Positions 38,554-48,889 of a stretch of 64,000 nt of DNA are shown in pieces. The stretch comes from a virus. Its lineage: Duplodnaviria; Caudoviricetes. A program made the position numbers and the translations under genes. Below the pieces are notes generated by a model that saw only the letters and a program-made list of their open reading frames with translations, had not been told where the DNA came from and made no database searches. Location: the IMG/VR virus record IMGVR_UViG_3300026116_000035; one strand, written 5' to 3'. How positions within the stretch are numbered: position 1 is the stretch's first letter; each line of letters starts with the position of its first letter.

Positions 38554-39155
38554 TAATAGGAATTAGTGGAAAAGCGGGGTCTGGAAAAGATACAATTTCA
38601 GATTATATAGTAAAAAATCATAATTTTATTAAAATAGCTTTCGCTGATTCAATAAAACGAATATTAATGGAAGTTTATGGTTTTACATATACTCAACTTT
38701 GGGGTCCTTCAGAAGAGCGAGGTAAAATAGACCCAAGGTATGGAAAAGCTGTCAGAGAATTTATTCAAGGATTTGGGGATAAAGGCCGAGAATTATGTTT
38801 GAGTACTTGGATTAACAAAACTGTAAACATTATAGAAAAAGTTCATAATACAACCGGATGGACCTATATAGATCATTTAGGATTACAAGAAAATTATGAT
38901 TATGATTTTGATTCTAAATCTATAATTATATCTGATGGACGTTATCTAAATGAATTAGAGGCATTAAAAAAAATTAATGCTAAATTAATTAGAATAATTA
39001 GACCAGAAAATAATTTATTAGGAAAATTGGGAGGGCATAGTTCAGAAACAGACCAAAATGAAATTCCTAATTCATATTTTGATGAAATTATTATTAATAA
39101 TGGGTCTTTAGAGGATTTGTATTTAAAAATAGATAATATATTGTCTAAAAGGTAA
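38550..39155 (+). CDS. deoxynucleoside monophosphate kinase
   Basis: IIGISGKAGSGKDT, IAFADSIK, REFIQGFG, ISDGRYLNE, HSSE. Confidence 0.88.
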   Translation: MIIGISGKAGSGKDTISDYIVKNHNFIKIAFADSIKRILMEVYGFTYTQLWGPSEERGKIDPRYGKAVREFIQGFGDKGRELCLSTWINKTVNIIEKVHNTTGWTYIDHLGLQENYDYDFDSKSIIISDGRYLNELEALKKINAKLIRIIRPENNLLGKLGGHSSETDQNEIPNSYFDEIIINNGSLEDLYLKIDNILSKR

Positions 39156-39187
39156 TTTGTATAATATTTTGATATATTAATATACAA

Positions 39188-39493
39188 ATGGCTAAAAATA
39201 TAACAGAAAAGCATATAGAGGAATATACTAAAATACTCGATAAAAAAGGAGAGGACGGATTTTATCGTCATGCGGTAGCTGTTGGAATTAAACAATCAAC
39301 AAGAAATCCTACTCCCCAAATAGATATGTTAGAATTATCCGATGCTTTTTTTCTTTTAAATCGTAGAACTGGAGAAAATTTATACTCTACATTTGGAAAA
39401 TTATTCAGAAGAGCTGCTCATACTTTATATAGACAATTTAATAAAGAAGATGCTAATAAACCAATAAATAAAAAGTTTCTTCGGGCGGTATAA
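39188..39493 (+). CDS. hypothetical protein
   Basis: 101-aa ORF. Confidence 0.75.
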   Translation: MAKNITEKHIEEYTKILDKKGEDGFYRHAVAVGIKQSTRNPTPQIDMLELSDAFFLLNRRTGENLYSTFGKLFRRAAHTLYRQFNKEDANKPINKKFLRAV

Positions 39494-39496
39494 TTC

Positions 39497-40480
39497 ATGG
39501 CCGTTATTACTTTAACTATTGCATCTAGTCCTATAGAAATTGTTTCTGGAATACCTAAAAGCATTTATGTTTCTACCAATATTCCAGCTACAGTATTTTT
39601 TACTTTAGATGGCACAAATCCTACCGTTGATTCTGAAATCATTGTAGGAGGCATAGATTTACCCACAAATAATAATTCTATAACTTTTAAAGCTTTTGCA
39701 ACTGATGGAACCACTACTTCTGCGATAATTACCCAAATATATAAAAATACAACAATTTCTAATTTAAGACAAGCTAGAGATAAAGTTATAGGATTAGATA
39801 ATAAATCTAATTCAAATTTAGGTATTTTCGGTTCTAATTCTCCAAATCCAAATGTTACTTTTGGAAATATTGGTGGAATCATTGTAAATGCTGCTGATTC
39901 TGTAGGGATTCCAGACGGATATGACGGAACAGCTACAGGTACTCCAGCAACATTTACCGATGAACCACTGAGCTCTTATCAATTTTTATATTCTACAACA
40001 AATAGATTAGGTGAAACTGGTAAAGGTATCGGAACGTTACCAGCTACAATTAAAATATATGTACCACCGCCACCTCCAGAAAGTTCAAATACTAGTAATA
40101 AATTATTCAATCCTAAATCTTTATTAATTATTCAAGATGGTACGAAACCTCCAGAAAATCCTGATATAGCATTAATAAATCGTCCATTTTTCTCATTAAA
40201 TAATCCAAATATTACGGATGGTACAGAATATACAAAAACTGCATTTGAAGGATCGACTTTATCAGGTTCATTTTTAAGACAGTTTTATAATCCGAGAGAC
40301 CAAACGATTACTTATTATTATTTTGATAGCAAGGCTTTACGTTGGATTATTTCAAAAGAGCCTTATGTAGCTAAAACTCCTGACTTATTTAATTATGCAA
40401 CAATGGTATTCCCTAATAGAGATAGGGGTTCAAAATTTGTTTATGATTGGGGTATTTTTAGAAGGAGAGTCTTACCTTAA
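39497..40480 (+). CDS. probable virion structural protein with N-terminal chitobiase/FN3-like domain
   Basis: ATVFFTLDGTNPT...ITFKAFATDG; Thr/Gly/Pro-rich. Confidence 0.65.
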   Translation: MAVITLTIASSPIEIVSGIPKSIYVSTNIPATVFFTLDGTNPTVDSEIIVGGIDLPTNNNSITFKAFATDGTTTSAIITQIYKNTTISNLRQARDKVIGLDNKSNSNLGIFGSNSPNPNVTFGNIGGIIVNAADSVGIPDGYDGTATGTPATFTDEPLSSYQFLYSTTNRLGETGKGIGTLPATIKIYVPPPPPESSNTSNKLFNPKSLLIIQDGTKPPENPDIALINRPFFSLNNPNITDGTEYTKTAFEGSTLSGSFLRQFYNPRDQTITYYYFDSKALRWIISKEPYVAKTPDLFNYATMVFPNRDRGSKFVYDWGIFRRRVLP

Positions 40481-40492
40481 AAGAAAGTTTAA

Positions 40493-41392
40493 ATGCCTGT
40501 CGAATTTACAGAAGTATTAGAAGATCGACCTAAAAATATATCTTTATTAAATCTATCAGTTTCTAAAGCTAAATCATTTAAAGATTGTCAAGCCAAATTT
40601 AGATTCTCTTATATTGAAAGATTACCACAAAAAGAACGAGATTACCATATATTTGGTAAATTTCTTCATGAAGTTTTAGAAAAATTTCATAAAGAATTAA
40701 TAGCAGGATGTACCGATCCTTATAATATTATTATTTCTCGTTCTTTTAAATCTGCTTATCAAAACTTTAAAAATAAATTAAATGAAGATCAAATTAAAGA
40801 ATGTAAAAATATTATTAAAAAATATCTTATTAAATTAGATACAGATAAAAAAATAGGAAGAATTGCTCAAGTTTTAGATGTAGAAAAACAATTTTATATA
40901 AATATTAATAATAAAATATTATTAAATGGTTTTATTGATAGAGTGCAACTAGATGCGGATGGAATATTACATGTAGGTGATTATAAAACAACTCTGCTTA
41001 TTGATAAAAAAAATCCAGATGGCGTTTTTTCTGAATCTGAAAAATATAAAAGATATAAGAAAGATTTATTTCAATTAAGAACTTATGCATATGTAATGTG
41101 CTTAGAAGATCCGACTCTGCAAAAAGTCCGATGTTCATATATAATGTTACGTCATGATTTTCATTTAATAGAAAAAGTCTTTTCAAGAAATGAAATAATG
41201 GAAATGGGTGATATATTTCTTGATTACGCACAAAAAATCGAGGAAGAAAAATTATATAGACCAAATCTTACGCCTTTATGTGAATATTGTGATTTTGCAG
41301 AAAAAGATATCTGTACTCCTGGATTTGATTATGTAAAATCTAGAAATGAAGAAAAAAATGCAGGTAAGTCATTTGGTGAAACTGATTGGTAA
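40493..41392 (+). CDS. PD-(D/E)xK nuclease, RecB/AddB/Cas4-like
   Basis: FKDCQAKF, GKFLHEVLE, GFIDRV...VGDYKT, QLRTY, CEYCDFAEKDIC. Confidence 0.88.
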   Translation: MPVEFTEVLEDRPKNISLLNLSVSKAKSFKDCQAKFRFSYIERLPQKERDYHIFGKFLHEVLEKFHKELIAGCTDPYNIIISRSFKSAYQNFKNKLNEDQIKECKNIIKKYLIKLDTDKKIGRIAQVLDVEKQFYININNKILLNGFIDRVQLDADGILHVGDYKTTLLIDKKNPDGVFSESEKYKRYKKDLFQLRTYAYVMCLEDPTLQKVRCSYIMLRHDFHLIEKVFSRNEIMEMGDIFLDYAQKIEEEKLYRPNLTPLCEYCDFAEKDICTPGFDYVKSRNEEKNAGKSFGETDW

Positions 41393-41411
41393 TTTAATTA
41401 AGGAAGTTTAA

Positions 41412-42611
41412 ATGTTAGAATTAAATGAAGTTGAATATTGTAAAGTAAAAGTAAAATATACCGCTGATTCAGATAAAGTTAAGGAAAAATATAAAAAGGC
41501 TATTTCTGAATTAAAGAAATTGCCAGTTCCAGGCTTTCGACCCAATAAAGCTACTGATCAGGCTATTAGAAATCATTTTAAGGCTAAAATTGACGCCTGG
41601 GTTAAACAGGAAATGATCTCTGAATCTTATGAAGATATTTTATTTGAAACTAAAATACAACCTATTGGATTTCCTCAAACTTTAGATTTGAAGCTTGATG
41701 GCAATGATTTTAATTGTGAATTTCTCTTTTTAAAGAAGCCTGATTTTGAATTAAAAGAAGTTAAAGGTTTAGAAATACCTAAACCACATCAAAATATTAC
41801 ACAAAATGATTACGTAGAAGAAATGCTCCAAGAAATACGTACTCAAAATAGTAATGCCGTCCCTTATGCTGATGGAGATTTTGTTCAGGCCGGCGATACT
41901 ATTACTATGGATTATACCGTAGATGATCAAGTTGCTGAAGGTGAATTATATAAAGTTGGAAATAATCTTTTGCCTGAATTTGATGATAATATTATTGGTA
42001 TGGCTCCTGGTGAAAGTAGAGAATTTGATGTACTTAATCCCACCACAAATGCAAAATCTCACGTTAAAGTTCTTCTACACATGGGTATGAAAAAAACTTT
42101 ATGTGGTCTAGATGATGAGTTAGCTGTTAAAGTTGGATTAAAAGATTTAGCCGAACTTCGCAAGGTAGTTGAGGGTATTTCAAGTAATCGTTTGAAGCAA
42201 CATACAGATGCACAAATTGCCGATCAAATTAAAAAGCGATTAGTTGATATGCATGATTTTGAACTTCCGGAATGGTTAACAAATATGGAATTACAGCAGG
42301 TAGCTCAAAGAATGAGTATTGATCTTGCTACAGCTTCAGATCAAACTAAATCTGATTTAATTACTCAAGCAAAAAATAGCGTAAAATTTGCGTTGATTTT
42401 AGATTCTATTCGAAAAAATACTCCAGAAGCTGATTTATCTGATGAAGAGATTTTAAATATAATTAAAGCGAAAGTTGCAAATCAGGTTCAGGATGTTGAT
42501 GGATTTTTGCAAGAATCTCAGAAAAACGGGAAATTACTAGGTTTTGTTGCTCAAGTTAGAAATGAAGTTACATTACAATATTTAATTGATAATGCTAAGA
42601 TTGTAGAATAA
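41412..42611 (+). CDS. tig: trigger factor
   Basis: PVPGFRPNKA ribosome-binding loop, FKBP-like GDTITMDY...FDDNIIGM.PGESREF, helical C-domain. Confidence 0.88.
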   Translation: MLELNEVEYCKVKVKYTADSDKVKEKYKKAISELKKLPVPGFRPNKATDQAIRNHFKAKIDAWVKQEMISESYEDILFETKIQPIGFPQTLDLKLDGNDFNCEFLFLKKPDFELKEVKGLEIPKPHQNITQNDYVEEMLQEIRTQNSNAVPYADGDFVQAGDTITMDYTVDDQVAEGELYKVGNNLLPEFDDNIIGMAPGESREFDVLNPTTNAKSHVKVLLHMGMKKTLCGLDDELAVKVGLKDLAELRKVVEGISSNRLKQHTDAQIADQIKKRLVDMHDFELPEWLTNMELQQVAQRMSIDLATASDQTKSDLITQAKNSVKFALILDSIRKNTPEADLSDEEILNIIKAKVANQVQDVDGFLQESQKNGKLLGFVAQVRNEVTLQYLIDNAKIVE

Positions 42612-42625
42612 AAAAGGAAAATAAA

Positions 42626-42931
42626 ATGGCTAAAAAGAGTAAGACAAGTGACGAGAATTTAGATACTGATTTTAATCCTAAATATGCTAAGTTAATTCAG
42701 CATTTAACAGAATCCTTAGACTCAATGTCAACGGAAGATTTAAAGGAAACGATTGTAAAGGCTCAAAAATCTATTTCTGATATTGAAAAGGATATGGAAG
42801 CTGATGAACATTTGAAGGCTTTAAAGGATGAAATTAAGGATATAGTAGGATCTTTTAAAGATGTAGCCAAAGTTGAACAGGCCAAGACCATGTATTGCGT
42901 TCATTTATTAAGAACTCGTGGTGAAGAATAA
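42626..42931 (+). CDS. hypothetical coiled-coil protein
   Basis: 101-aa ORF with AAGGA upstream. Confidence 0.75.
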   Translation: MAKKSKTSDENLDTDFNPKYAKLIQHLTESLDSMSTEDLKETIVKAQKSISDIEKDMEADEHLKALKDEIKDIVGSFKDVAKVEQAKTMYCVHLLRTRGEE

Positions 42932-42940
42932 GGAATAATT

Positions 42941-43231
42941 TTGGCTATTAAGAAAACAATTCAGCAGGCTTGTTGTGGTAATACTGGTTCAACTATTATT
43001 TTTTATATAGATAAACCAATTACTAAGCTTATGGTTCCTATATTTGAAGCGGCCGGATATACCTGCCCTGCCCATTATACTAATTCTGGTATTTTTTATG
43101 CTCGAAAAGATGGTTTGGTAGCAAATACTTCAATGGGTACTACAAAAATAACAGTAAAATGTGGTGCTTTTGAAAGAGACCAAAAATTAGCTGAATTTGA
43201 AAATATTCTTAATCAAGCTTTAAATAGTTAA
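42941..43231 (+). CDS. hypothetical protein
   Basis: 96 aa, TTG start with AAGGA RBS. Confidence 0.75.
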   Translation: MAIKKTIQQACCGNTGSTIIFYIDKPITKLMVPIFEAAGYTCPAHYTNSGIFYARKDGLVANTSMGTTKITVKCGAFERDQKLAEFENILNQALNS

Positions 43232-43254
43232 ATATAAATAACAATACTAATATT

Positions 43255-43283
43255 AAAGGCGATCCATATAGGTCGCCTTTTTT
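43255..43283 (+). terminator. intrinsic terminator
   Basis: aaaggcgatc-catata-ggtcgccttt plus T run. Confidence 0.8.
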
Positions 43284-43350
43284 ATTTTCAAAATGCCGTC
43301 GAGTTTAACAGGATCCCAATCTCTTATTTATTGGCTTATTAGAGGAAAAC

Positions 43351-46300
43351 ATGACTGAAGAAATTGTAAAAGATTCAGAAACTGTAGAAATTAAAGAATA
43401 CCCGTACGTATCATTACATAATCATACTACCTATTCAATATTTCAATCGCTAATAAAGCCGGCTGATTTATTTAAACGTGCCAAAGAATTAGGTCAAAAA
43501 GCAATAGCAGTAACTGATAAAAATACATGTGCTGGATTTTGGGAATCTTTAAAAGCCTCAAAAGAAACTGGAGTAAAATTAATTGCCGGTCTAGAAATTT
43601 CATTTGTAGATGATGTATCTATTCTAGACTCTAAACTGCGTAATGTTGTTTTAATTGCAAAAAATGCTCAAGGTTATCAAAATTTATTAAAAATATCTAA
43701 AATTGGATATGATAATTTTATTATAGCAAGAAAAAATCCTTTACCTAGAATTGATTGGAAAATTTTAGAAGAATATAAAGAAGGATTGCTTTGTATTACT
43801 GGAGATACTTCTGGTATTATTCCACGATTATTAAATGATAAGAAATTTGAAGAAGCTGAAAAACAAGCTTTAAGATTAAAAGGTATATTTGGTGATGATT
43901 TAGCGTTTGAATTACAGCCTAATGCTTTAAAGCGAGCATTGGGTAATTATAATGAAATAGCTGATCAAGCTCAGGCTAATAGGCAATTAAAAAAATTAGG
44001 TGAAAAACTTAATATTAGATTAATTGCTGCAACGAATTCATATTATATAAATCCTGAACAATATGATGCTCATGATACGTGGCTTGCTATGCAAAGCTCT
44101 CAACCAAAATCATCAGGTAACCGTTTAAGTTTTAATGTTAATGATTTTTACATTAAATCTGGGAAAGAAGTATTTGAGTTCTTTAAAAGGACTCAGGGAT
44201 ATGAATTAAATGGTGACGGGGAAATTTTTGCTACTAAATTATTAAAAGATACAATTGATTTTGCTAAAAAATGTGAAAATCCGGAATGGATTGATCCTAG
44301 ATATTCTAATCCATCCGGAAAAGAGCTTCCAACCTTTCCAGTAAAGGATCAAGAAGACTATATTGAATTTAAACAATGGCTTATTAAACAAAAAAATCAA
44401 ACATTAGAAGAAGATGTTCAATATTTAAGATATAAGTGTATAACTAATTATAAAACAATTATCGCTAATAATCCTAAATATAAAAATGTAGCAGATATTT
44501 ATAAAAAACGAATTTATGAAGAATTAGATGTATTAGAAAGTCAAGGATTTTCTGGATATATGCTCATAGTTGCGGATTTTCTTGAATGGGCACGAAAAAA
44601 TAAAGTGTCTGTTGGTCCTGGTAGAGGGTCAGTTGGAGGTTCATTAATTGGATATCTTTTAGGGATACATGAGGCTGATCCAATTAAATATGGTTTAATT
44701 TTTGCTCGTTTTCATTCAAAAATGAAAATTTCGGCACCCGACTGCGATTCAGATATCTCTAAAATTAATAGGCATTTAGTTGAAAAATATTTAATTGAAA
44801 AATATGGTTCTTCACATGTTGCAAGTATTTCAACATTTAATACATTGACTCCGAAACCTTATGTTAAAGCTATAGCAAGAACTTTTTTATATGGCGGTGA
44901 TAGATCTGAGGCAGTTAAAATTGGTACTATGTTAGCTGACACAATTCCAGCTGAAGCTAAAACAGTTTCTCGTATGTTTGAATATTCTCCATTATTAAAT
45001 GAGTATTGTAAAAAATATAAAGAATTGAAAGAATATTCTGATGCATTTGGTAAAAATCCTATTGCTATTGGAACGCATGCTGCAGGACTAATTATTAGTA
45101 AAAGAGAACTAACAGGACTAGTTCCTCTTCGTAGAGATAAAGAAGGTTCAGTTTCTTTAGAATATGAGAAAGAAGGCGCAGAAGAAAATGGTATGGTTAA
45201 AATGGATTTGCTTGGATTGGCAACTCTTGATGTCATTGATAATACATATAAATTAATAAAAAAAGTTAATAAAATTATTCCATATGATAAATTTGATTAT
45301 GAATCTTATGATAAAGATGCTTACGATTTAATTTCAAATGGTGATACTATGGGTGTTTTTCAATTCGGCACATCTGGTGGAACTATAGAGCTTTGTAAAA
45401 GATATCAGCCTAAAAGTATTGAAGATTTAGCGATTATTACTACTCTTGCACGACCAGCAGCAAAAGAAATTCGAGATGATTTTTTCAAAGTTAAAAATGG
45501 AGAACAAGAAATATCGTATTTTCATCCTTTATTAGAAAGAGCATTTAGCAAAACGCTCGGATTTCCTCTTTATGATGAAAGTTTATTAATTCTTGCCGAA
45601 GATGTTGCAGGTTGGGATCTTAATGAAGCCGATAAACTTCGTAAATTAACTAAAGAAAAAGGTAAGAATCCGGCTAAAGCTAAGAAATGGAAAGAAGAAT
45701 TTATCTCTAATGCTAATGAAAGAAAAAATATTAAACCTGAAATAGCTGAAAAAATTTGGGTTGATATTATAGAGCCTTTTGGAAAATATTCCTTTAATAA
45801 ATCACATGCAGTATTGTATTCAATGATTAGTTATCATACTGCATATTTGAAAGCACATTATAGATTTGAATTTCTTGTAGCAAATTTAATGGAACAAGTA
45901 AGTTCAAAAGCTCAAAAAGCAAAAAATGATGTTGTTAAATATAAAGAAGAAATTAGAAAATTTAACGCAAAAATTGTTACTCCCAATATAAATACTTCAG
46001 GGGCCGTTTATACAATTATAGGAGAAAATACACTTGCTACAGGTTTAAATGCTTTAAAGTATATGGGTCAAGATGCAATTCCAGAAATATTAGCAAAACG
46101 GCCATTTAAATCATTTGAAGATTTTTTGACTAGAACAGATTCTTCAAAAGTAAAAGCTCCAGCAATTCAAGCATTAGCGGCCTCAGGAGCTTTATCTGAA
46201 TTTAATATGCCACGAAAGCAAATGTTTCTTTATGCTGCAGATTATAAGAAAAAATTGCAAGTATGGCTTAAAAAGAAACCAGAAAAACGTGGAGAATTCG

Positions 46301-46989
46301 TTTATCCTTGGCCTGAAACTGGGGAATGGTCAATTTCTGAAATAAATGCATTAGAGCATTTTTATATTGGTGAAGGATTAACCGGATCTAAATTTGATGT
46401 TTATAAAGGATTTTTTAGTAAACATCATCGTAATTTTGCTGATTTTGTAGGTTTTCATCCGCCACCACCTGAAGGTATGGATGAAAAAGATCTTAAAAAT
46501 TATGTTAAAAAAGTCAATTTTGTAGAGGGTATAGTTAAATCTATATTTGAATTTAAGATTAAAAAGGAAAAGAGTAAGTTATTTGGTCAGACGATGGCTA
46601 AAATATCTATTGAAGATCCTTATGGAAATGAATTAAGTATAACTTGCTTTCCAGAAAAGTGGGAATACTTAAAGGAAAGAATTAAAGATATTAATGCTAA
46701 ACTTAAATTTGAAATAGGTATGGGTTTATCTATGACAGGTAATTTACAATGGTGGGAAGGAAATTTATCATTAATATTTGATGAGTTAGCTAATGCATGT
46801 CCTCCACCACAACTTCCTGCTGATTTAAAGGCCAAGAAAACTGAAACGGTAAAAAAGGCAAAAGAAGAGGTAGTTGATGAAAATATGGATAGAAATGAAT
46901 TATTAGAAGAAATTGAAGATGAATTGGCAGAATCTGGATTTGCTGATTTAGATGATGAAAATGATTTAGAGGAACATAATTTTGAATGA
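43351..46989 (+). CDS. dnaE: DNA polymerase III alpha subunit (family C)
   Basis: PHP SLHNHTTYS, GPGRGSVGGS, catalytic PDCDSD, GTHAAG, KMDLLGL, YSFNKSHA; no intein-sized insert. Confidence 0.97.
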   Translation: MTEEIVKDSETVEIKEYPYVSLHNHTTYSIFQSLIKPADLFKRAKELGQKAIAVTDKNTCAGFWESLKASKETGVKLIAGLEISFVDDVSILDSKLRNVVLIAKNAQGYQNLLKISKIGYDNFIIARKNPLPRIDWKILEEYKEGLLCITGDTSGIIPRLLNDKKFEEAEKQALRLKGIFGDDLAFELQPNALKRALGNYNEIADQAQANRQLKKLGEKLNIRLIAATNSYYINPEQYDAHDTWLAMQSSQPKSSGNRLSFNVNDFYIKSGKEVFEFFKRTQGYELNGDGEIFATKLLKDTIDFAKKCENPEWIDPRYSNPSGKELPTFPVKDQEDYIEFKQWLIKQKNQTLEEDVQYLRYKCITNYKTIIANNPKYKNVADIYKKRIYEELDVLESQGFSGYMLIVADFLEWARKNKVSVGPGRGSVGGSLIGYLLGIHEADPIKYGLIFARFHSKMKISAPDCDSDISKINRHLVEKYLIEKYGSSHVASISTFNTLTPKPYVKAIARTFLYGGDRSEAVKIGTMLADTIPAEAKTVSRMFEYSPLLNEYCKKYKELKEYSDAFGKNPIAIGTHAAGLIISKRELTGLVPLRRDKEGSVSLEYEKEGAEENGMVKMDLLGLATLDVIDNTYKLIKKVNKIIPYDKFDYESYDKDAYDLISNGDTMGVFQFGTSGGTIELCKRYQPKSIEDLAIITTLARPAAKEIRDDFFKVKNGEQEISYFHPLLERAFSKTLGFPLYDESLLILAEDVAGWDLNEADKLRKLTKEKGKNPAKAKKWKEEFISNANERKNIKPEIAEKIWVDIIEPFGKYSFNKSHAVLYSMISYHTAYLKAHYRFEFLVANLMEQVSSKAQKAKNDVVKYKEEIRKFNAKIVTPNINTSGAVYTIIGENTLATGLNALKYMGQDAIPEILAKRPFKSFEDFLTRTDSSKVKAPAIQALAASGALSEFNMPRKQMFLYAADYKKKLQVWLKKKPEKRGEFVYPWPETGEWSISEINALEHFYIGEGLTGSKFDVYKGFFSKHHRNFADFVGFHPPPPEGMDEKDLKNYVKKVNFVEGIVKSIFEFKIKKEKSKLFGQTMAKISIEDPYGNELSITCFPEKWEYLKERIKDINAKLKFEIGMGLSMTGNLQWWEGNLSLIFDELANACPPPQLPADLKAKKTETVKKAKEEVVDENMDRNELLEEIEDELAESGFADLDDENDLEEHNFE

Positions 46990-47285
46990 TAAAATATATT
47001 AAATATAATATTAAATATATTGAATATGATAATAATGATTTAATATCAATGATTCAGGATATTAAGAAAGATACACATAAAATTGATATTTATTATCATG
47101 CCAAATTTGATTGTGAGGAATTCGGATTTCGTTTACGTGATAATGATGAAGTATGGTTTGTTATTTTGCCTTTTAAAGAATGTAAAAAAATAATTGAATC
47201 TAGATTAAATATAAAATATAGTCAATTATATGATTATATGAATTTAACCAAAGAAGAATTTATTATTAAAAATATAATAGATTAA
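46986..47285 (+). CDS. small protein with C-terminal signature (array C)
   Basis: Ends NLTKEEFIIKNIID; ATGA overlap with dnaE. Confidence 0.8.
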   Translation: MIKYIKYNIKYIEYDNNDLISMIQDIKKDTHKIDIYYHAKFDCEEFGFRLRDNDEVWFVILPFKECKKIIESRLNIKYSQLYDYMNLTKEEFIIKNIID

Positions 47286-47307
47286 TTGTATAATTAAAGA
47301 TTTAATT

Positions 47308-47589
47308 ATGATTACTGGTAAATATTATAATTTCAATAGATATGATAATTTACTTTATATGGTAGAAGATATGAAAAATTCTGGCCATAAAATTGTAAAA
47401 TGTGATAATTATTTTGAATTAGAATTTAAATCACATTCAGAATCAACTGCTAAATTTTGTTGGATGATTAGGTTAGATTTAGTTAAAAAAAATAATTCAT
47501 TAAATAAATTAAACATAACAATAGATCAAATAGTTGATTATGTTAACTTAACCGATGAAGAATTTATTATTAAAAATATAATAGAATAA
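47308..47589 (+). CDS. small protein with C-terminal signature (array C)
   Basis: Ends DYVNLTDEEFIIKNIIE. Confidence 0.8.
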   Translation: MITGKYYNFNRYDNLLYMVEDMKNSGHKIVKCDNYFELEFKSHSESTAKFCWMIRLDLVKKNNSLNKLNITIDQIVDYVNLTDEEFIIKNIIE

Positions 47590-47601
47590 ATATAATTTAA
47601 T

Positions 47602-47898
47602 ATGACTAAATTTTTTAAAAATGAGCATTATTTTAATAGATATACTAATTTATCTTTTATGGTAAGTGATATGAAAGCGCTAAATCATAAAATTATAAAA
47701 ATTAATAATTCCATTGATTTAATATTTAAAACATTTTCACAAGCAAATTATAAAATACATTTTGTTATGAGTTCAAGTTTAATTACAACGAATTCACTAA
47801 AAGAATTAAAAAATGAATTAAATATAACTTTAGATCAAATAGTAGATTATGTTAATTTAACTGAAAAAGAATTTATTATTAAAAATATAATAGAATAA
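47602..47898 (+). CDS. small protein with C-terminal signature (array C)
   Basis: Ends DYVNLTEKEFIIKNIIE. Confidence 0.8.
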   Translation: MTKFFKNEHYFNRYTNLSFMVSDMKALNHKIIKINNSIDLIFKTFSQANYKIHFVMSSSLITTNSLKELKNELNITLDQIVDYVNLTEKEFIIKNIIE

Positions 47899-48164
47899 AT
47901 GATATATAATAAATATACCGATTTAGCTTAATGATAAAAGATATTAAGCAATCAGGCCAAAAAATTGAAAAAAGTGACAATTCGACTAAATTAGAATTAG
48001 GTTTTAAATCAAATTCTACACCTGAAATATTTTGGCAGATTAGTATTTTTTATTTTATGTATCAAAAACATGTATTAAATAAATTTAATATAACATTTGA
48101 TGAAATAGTAGATTATATTAATTTAACTGAAGAAGAGTTTATTATTAAAAATATTATAGAGTAG
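47899..48164 (+). pseudogene. array C member with 5' frameshift (MIKDIK... ORF from 47931 is intact)
   Basis: ATG 47899 MIYNKYTDLA matches paralogue RYTNLSFM but is 1 nt out of frame; ends NLTEEEFIIKNIIE. Confidence 0.65.
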
Positions 48165-48252
48165 ATATTTATTTATAATAAAAGCAAAATTTAGTCCGGT
48201 GATATATTATTATAAATGAATAAAAATGAGCCGATAAATAAGGGAAAATAAG

Positions 48253-48888
48253 ATGTTATGTAATAGTTGTAATGCAGAAATCCCGCCAGCATTTGTAAAA
48301 GCAATCAAAGTTAATATTTGTCCTGCATGTGATGGGCCTATTATGTCCGATCAAACAATTGAACTTATGGCCGGATTAAAATCAGCTTTAGAGCAAATGC
48401 CAAATGATGCCCAAGGTATTGCTGGATGGCTTTTATCTAATTATCGCATGGAAAAAGTAGGAACCGGCGAACCTACTGGATTTTATGGTATTTCAAAGAC
48501 GCCAGCTGCAAAAGATCAAAATAATTTAAAACAAGCTAAAAATCCAGTTCATAAATTTCTAAAAAATGCCGGAATAGATCCTAATAAACAAAAGGATTAT
48601 GCTCTTTTAGCCGCTCAAATAAATGCAATGGAAGAGGGAAATGAATCTGAACCTGAAGAAATTGATGATTCTGTAGAAGATGAGGATCCAGAATTCACAA
48701 AACAAGCAATGAGAACTATGATTTCGCCAAATATTAATAAAAGCCAAATGCCGAAATTTAATGAACCAGAAATTGATGAATCTTTAGATGGTTTACATCC
48801 CGCTTTACATGCGGATAGATTGAAACGATTAGAAAAACAAAAAGAATTATCATCTTTTGGCGGAACTGGAATAATTAAACGATCATAA
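48253..48888 (+). CDS. hypothetical protein with N-terminal zinc ribbon
   Basis: CNSC...CPAC; acidic middle region. Confidence 0.75.
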   Translation: MLCNSCNAEIPPAFVKAIKVNICPACDGPIMSDQTIELMAGLKSALEQMPNDAQGIAGWLLSNYRMEKVGTGEPTGFYGISKTPAAKDQNNLKQAKNPVHKFLKNAGIDPNKQKDYALLAAQINAMEEGNESEPEEIDDSVEDEDPEFTKQAMRTMISPNINKSQMPKFNEPEIDESLDGLHPALHADRLKRLEKQKELSSFGGTGIIKRS

Positions 48889-48889
48889 T

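Noticed and set aside
30378-48208. GATATATT as a late-promoter motif (near 30378, 31914, 39171, 48200)
   Set aside because: It does occur before several genes, but also inside CDSs (e.g. near 15362, 15994, 59695) and is expected often at this AT content; cannot be supported without genome-wide statistics.
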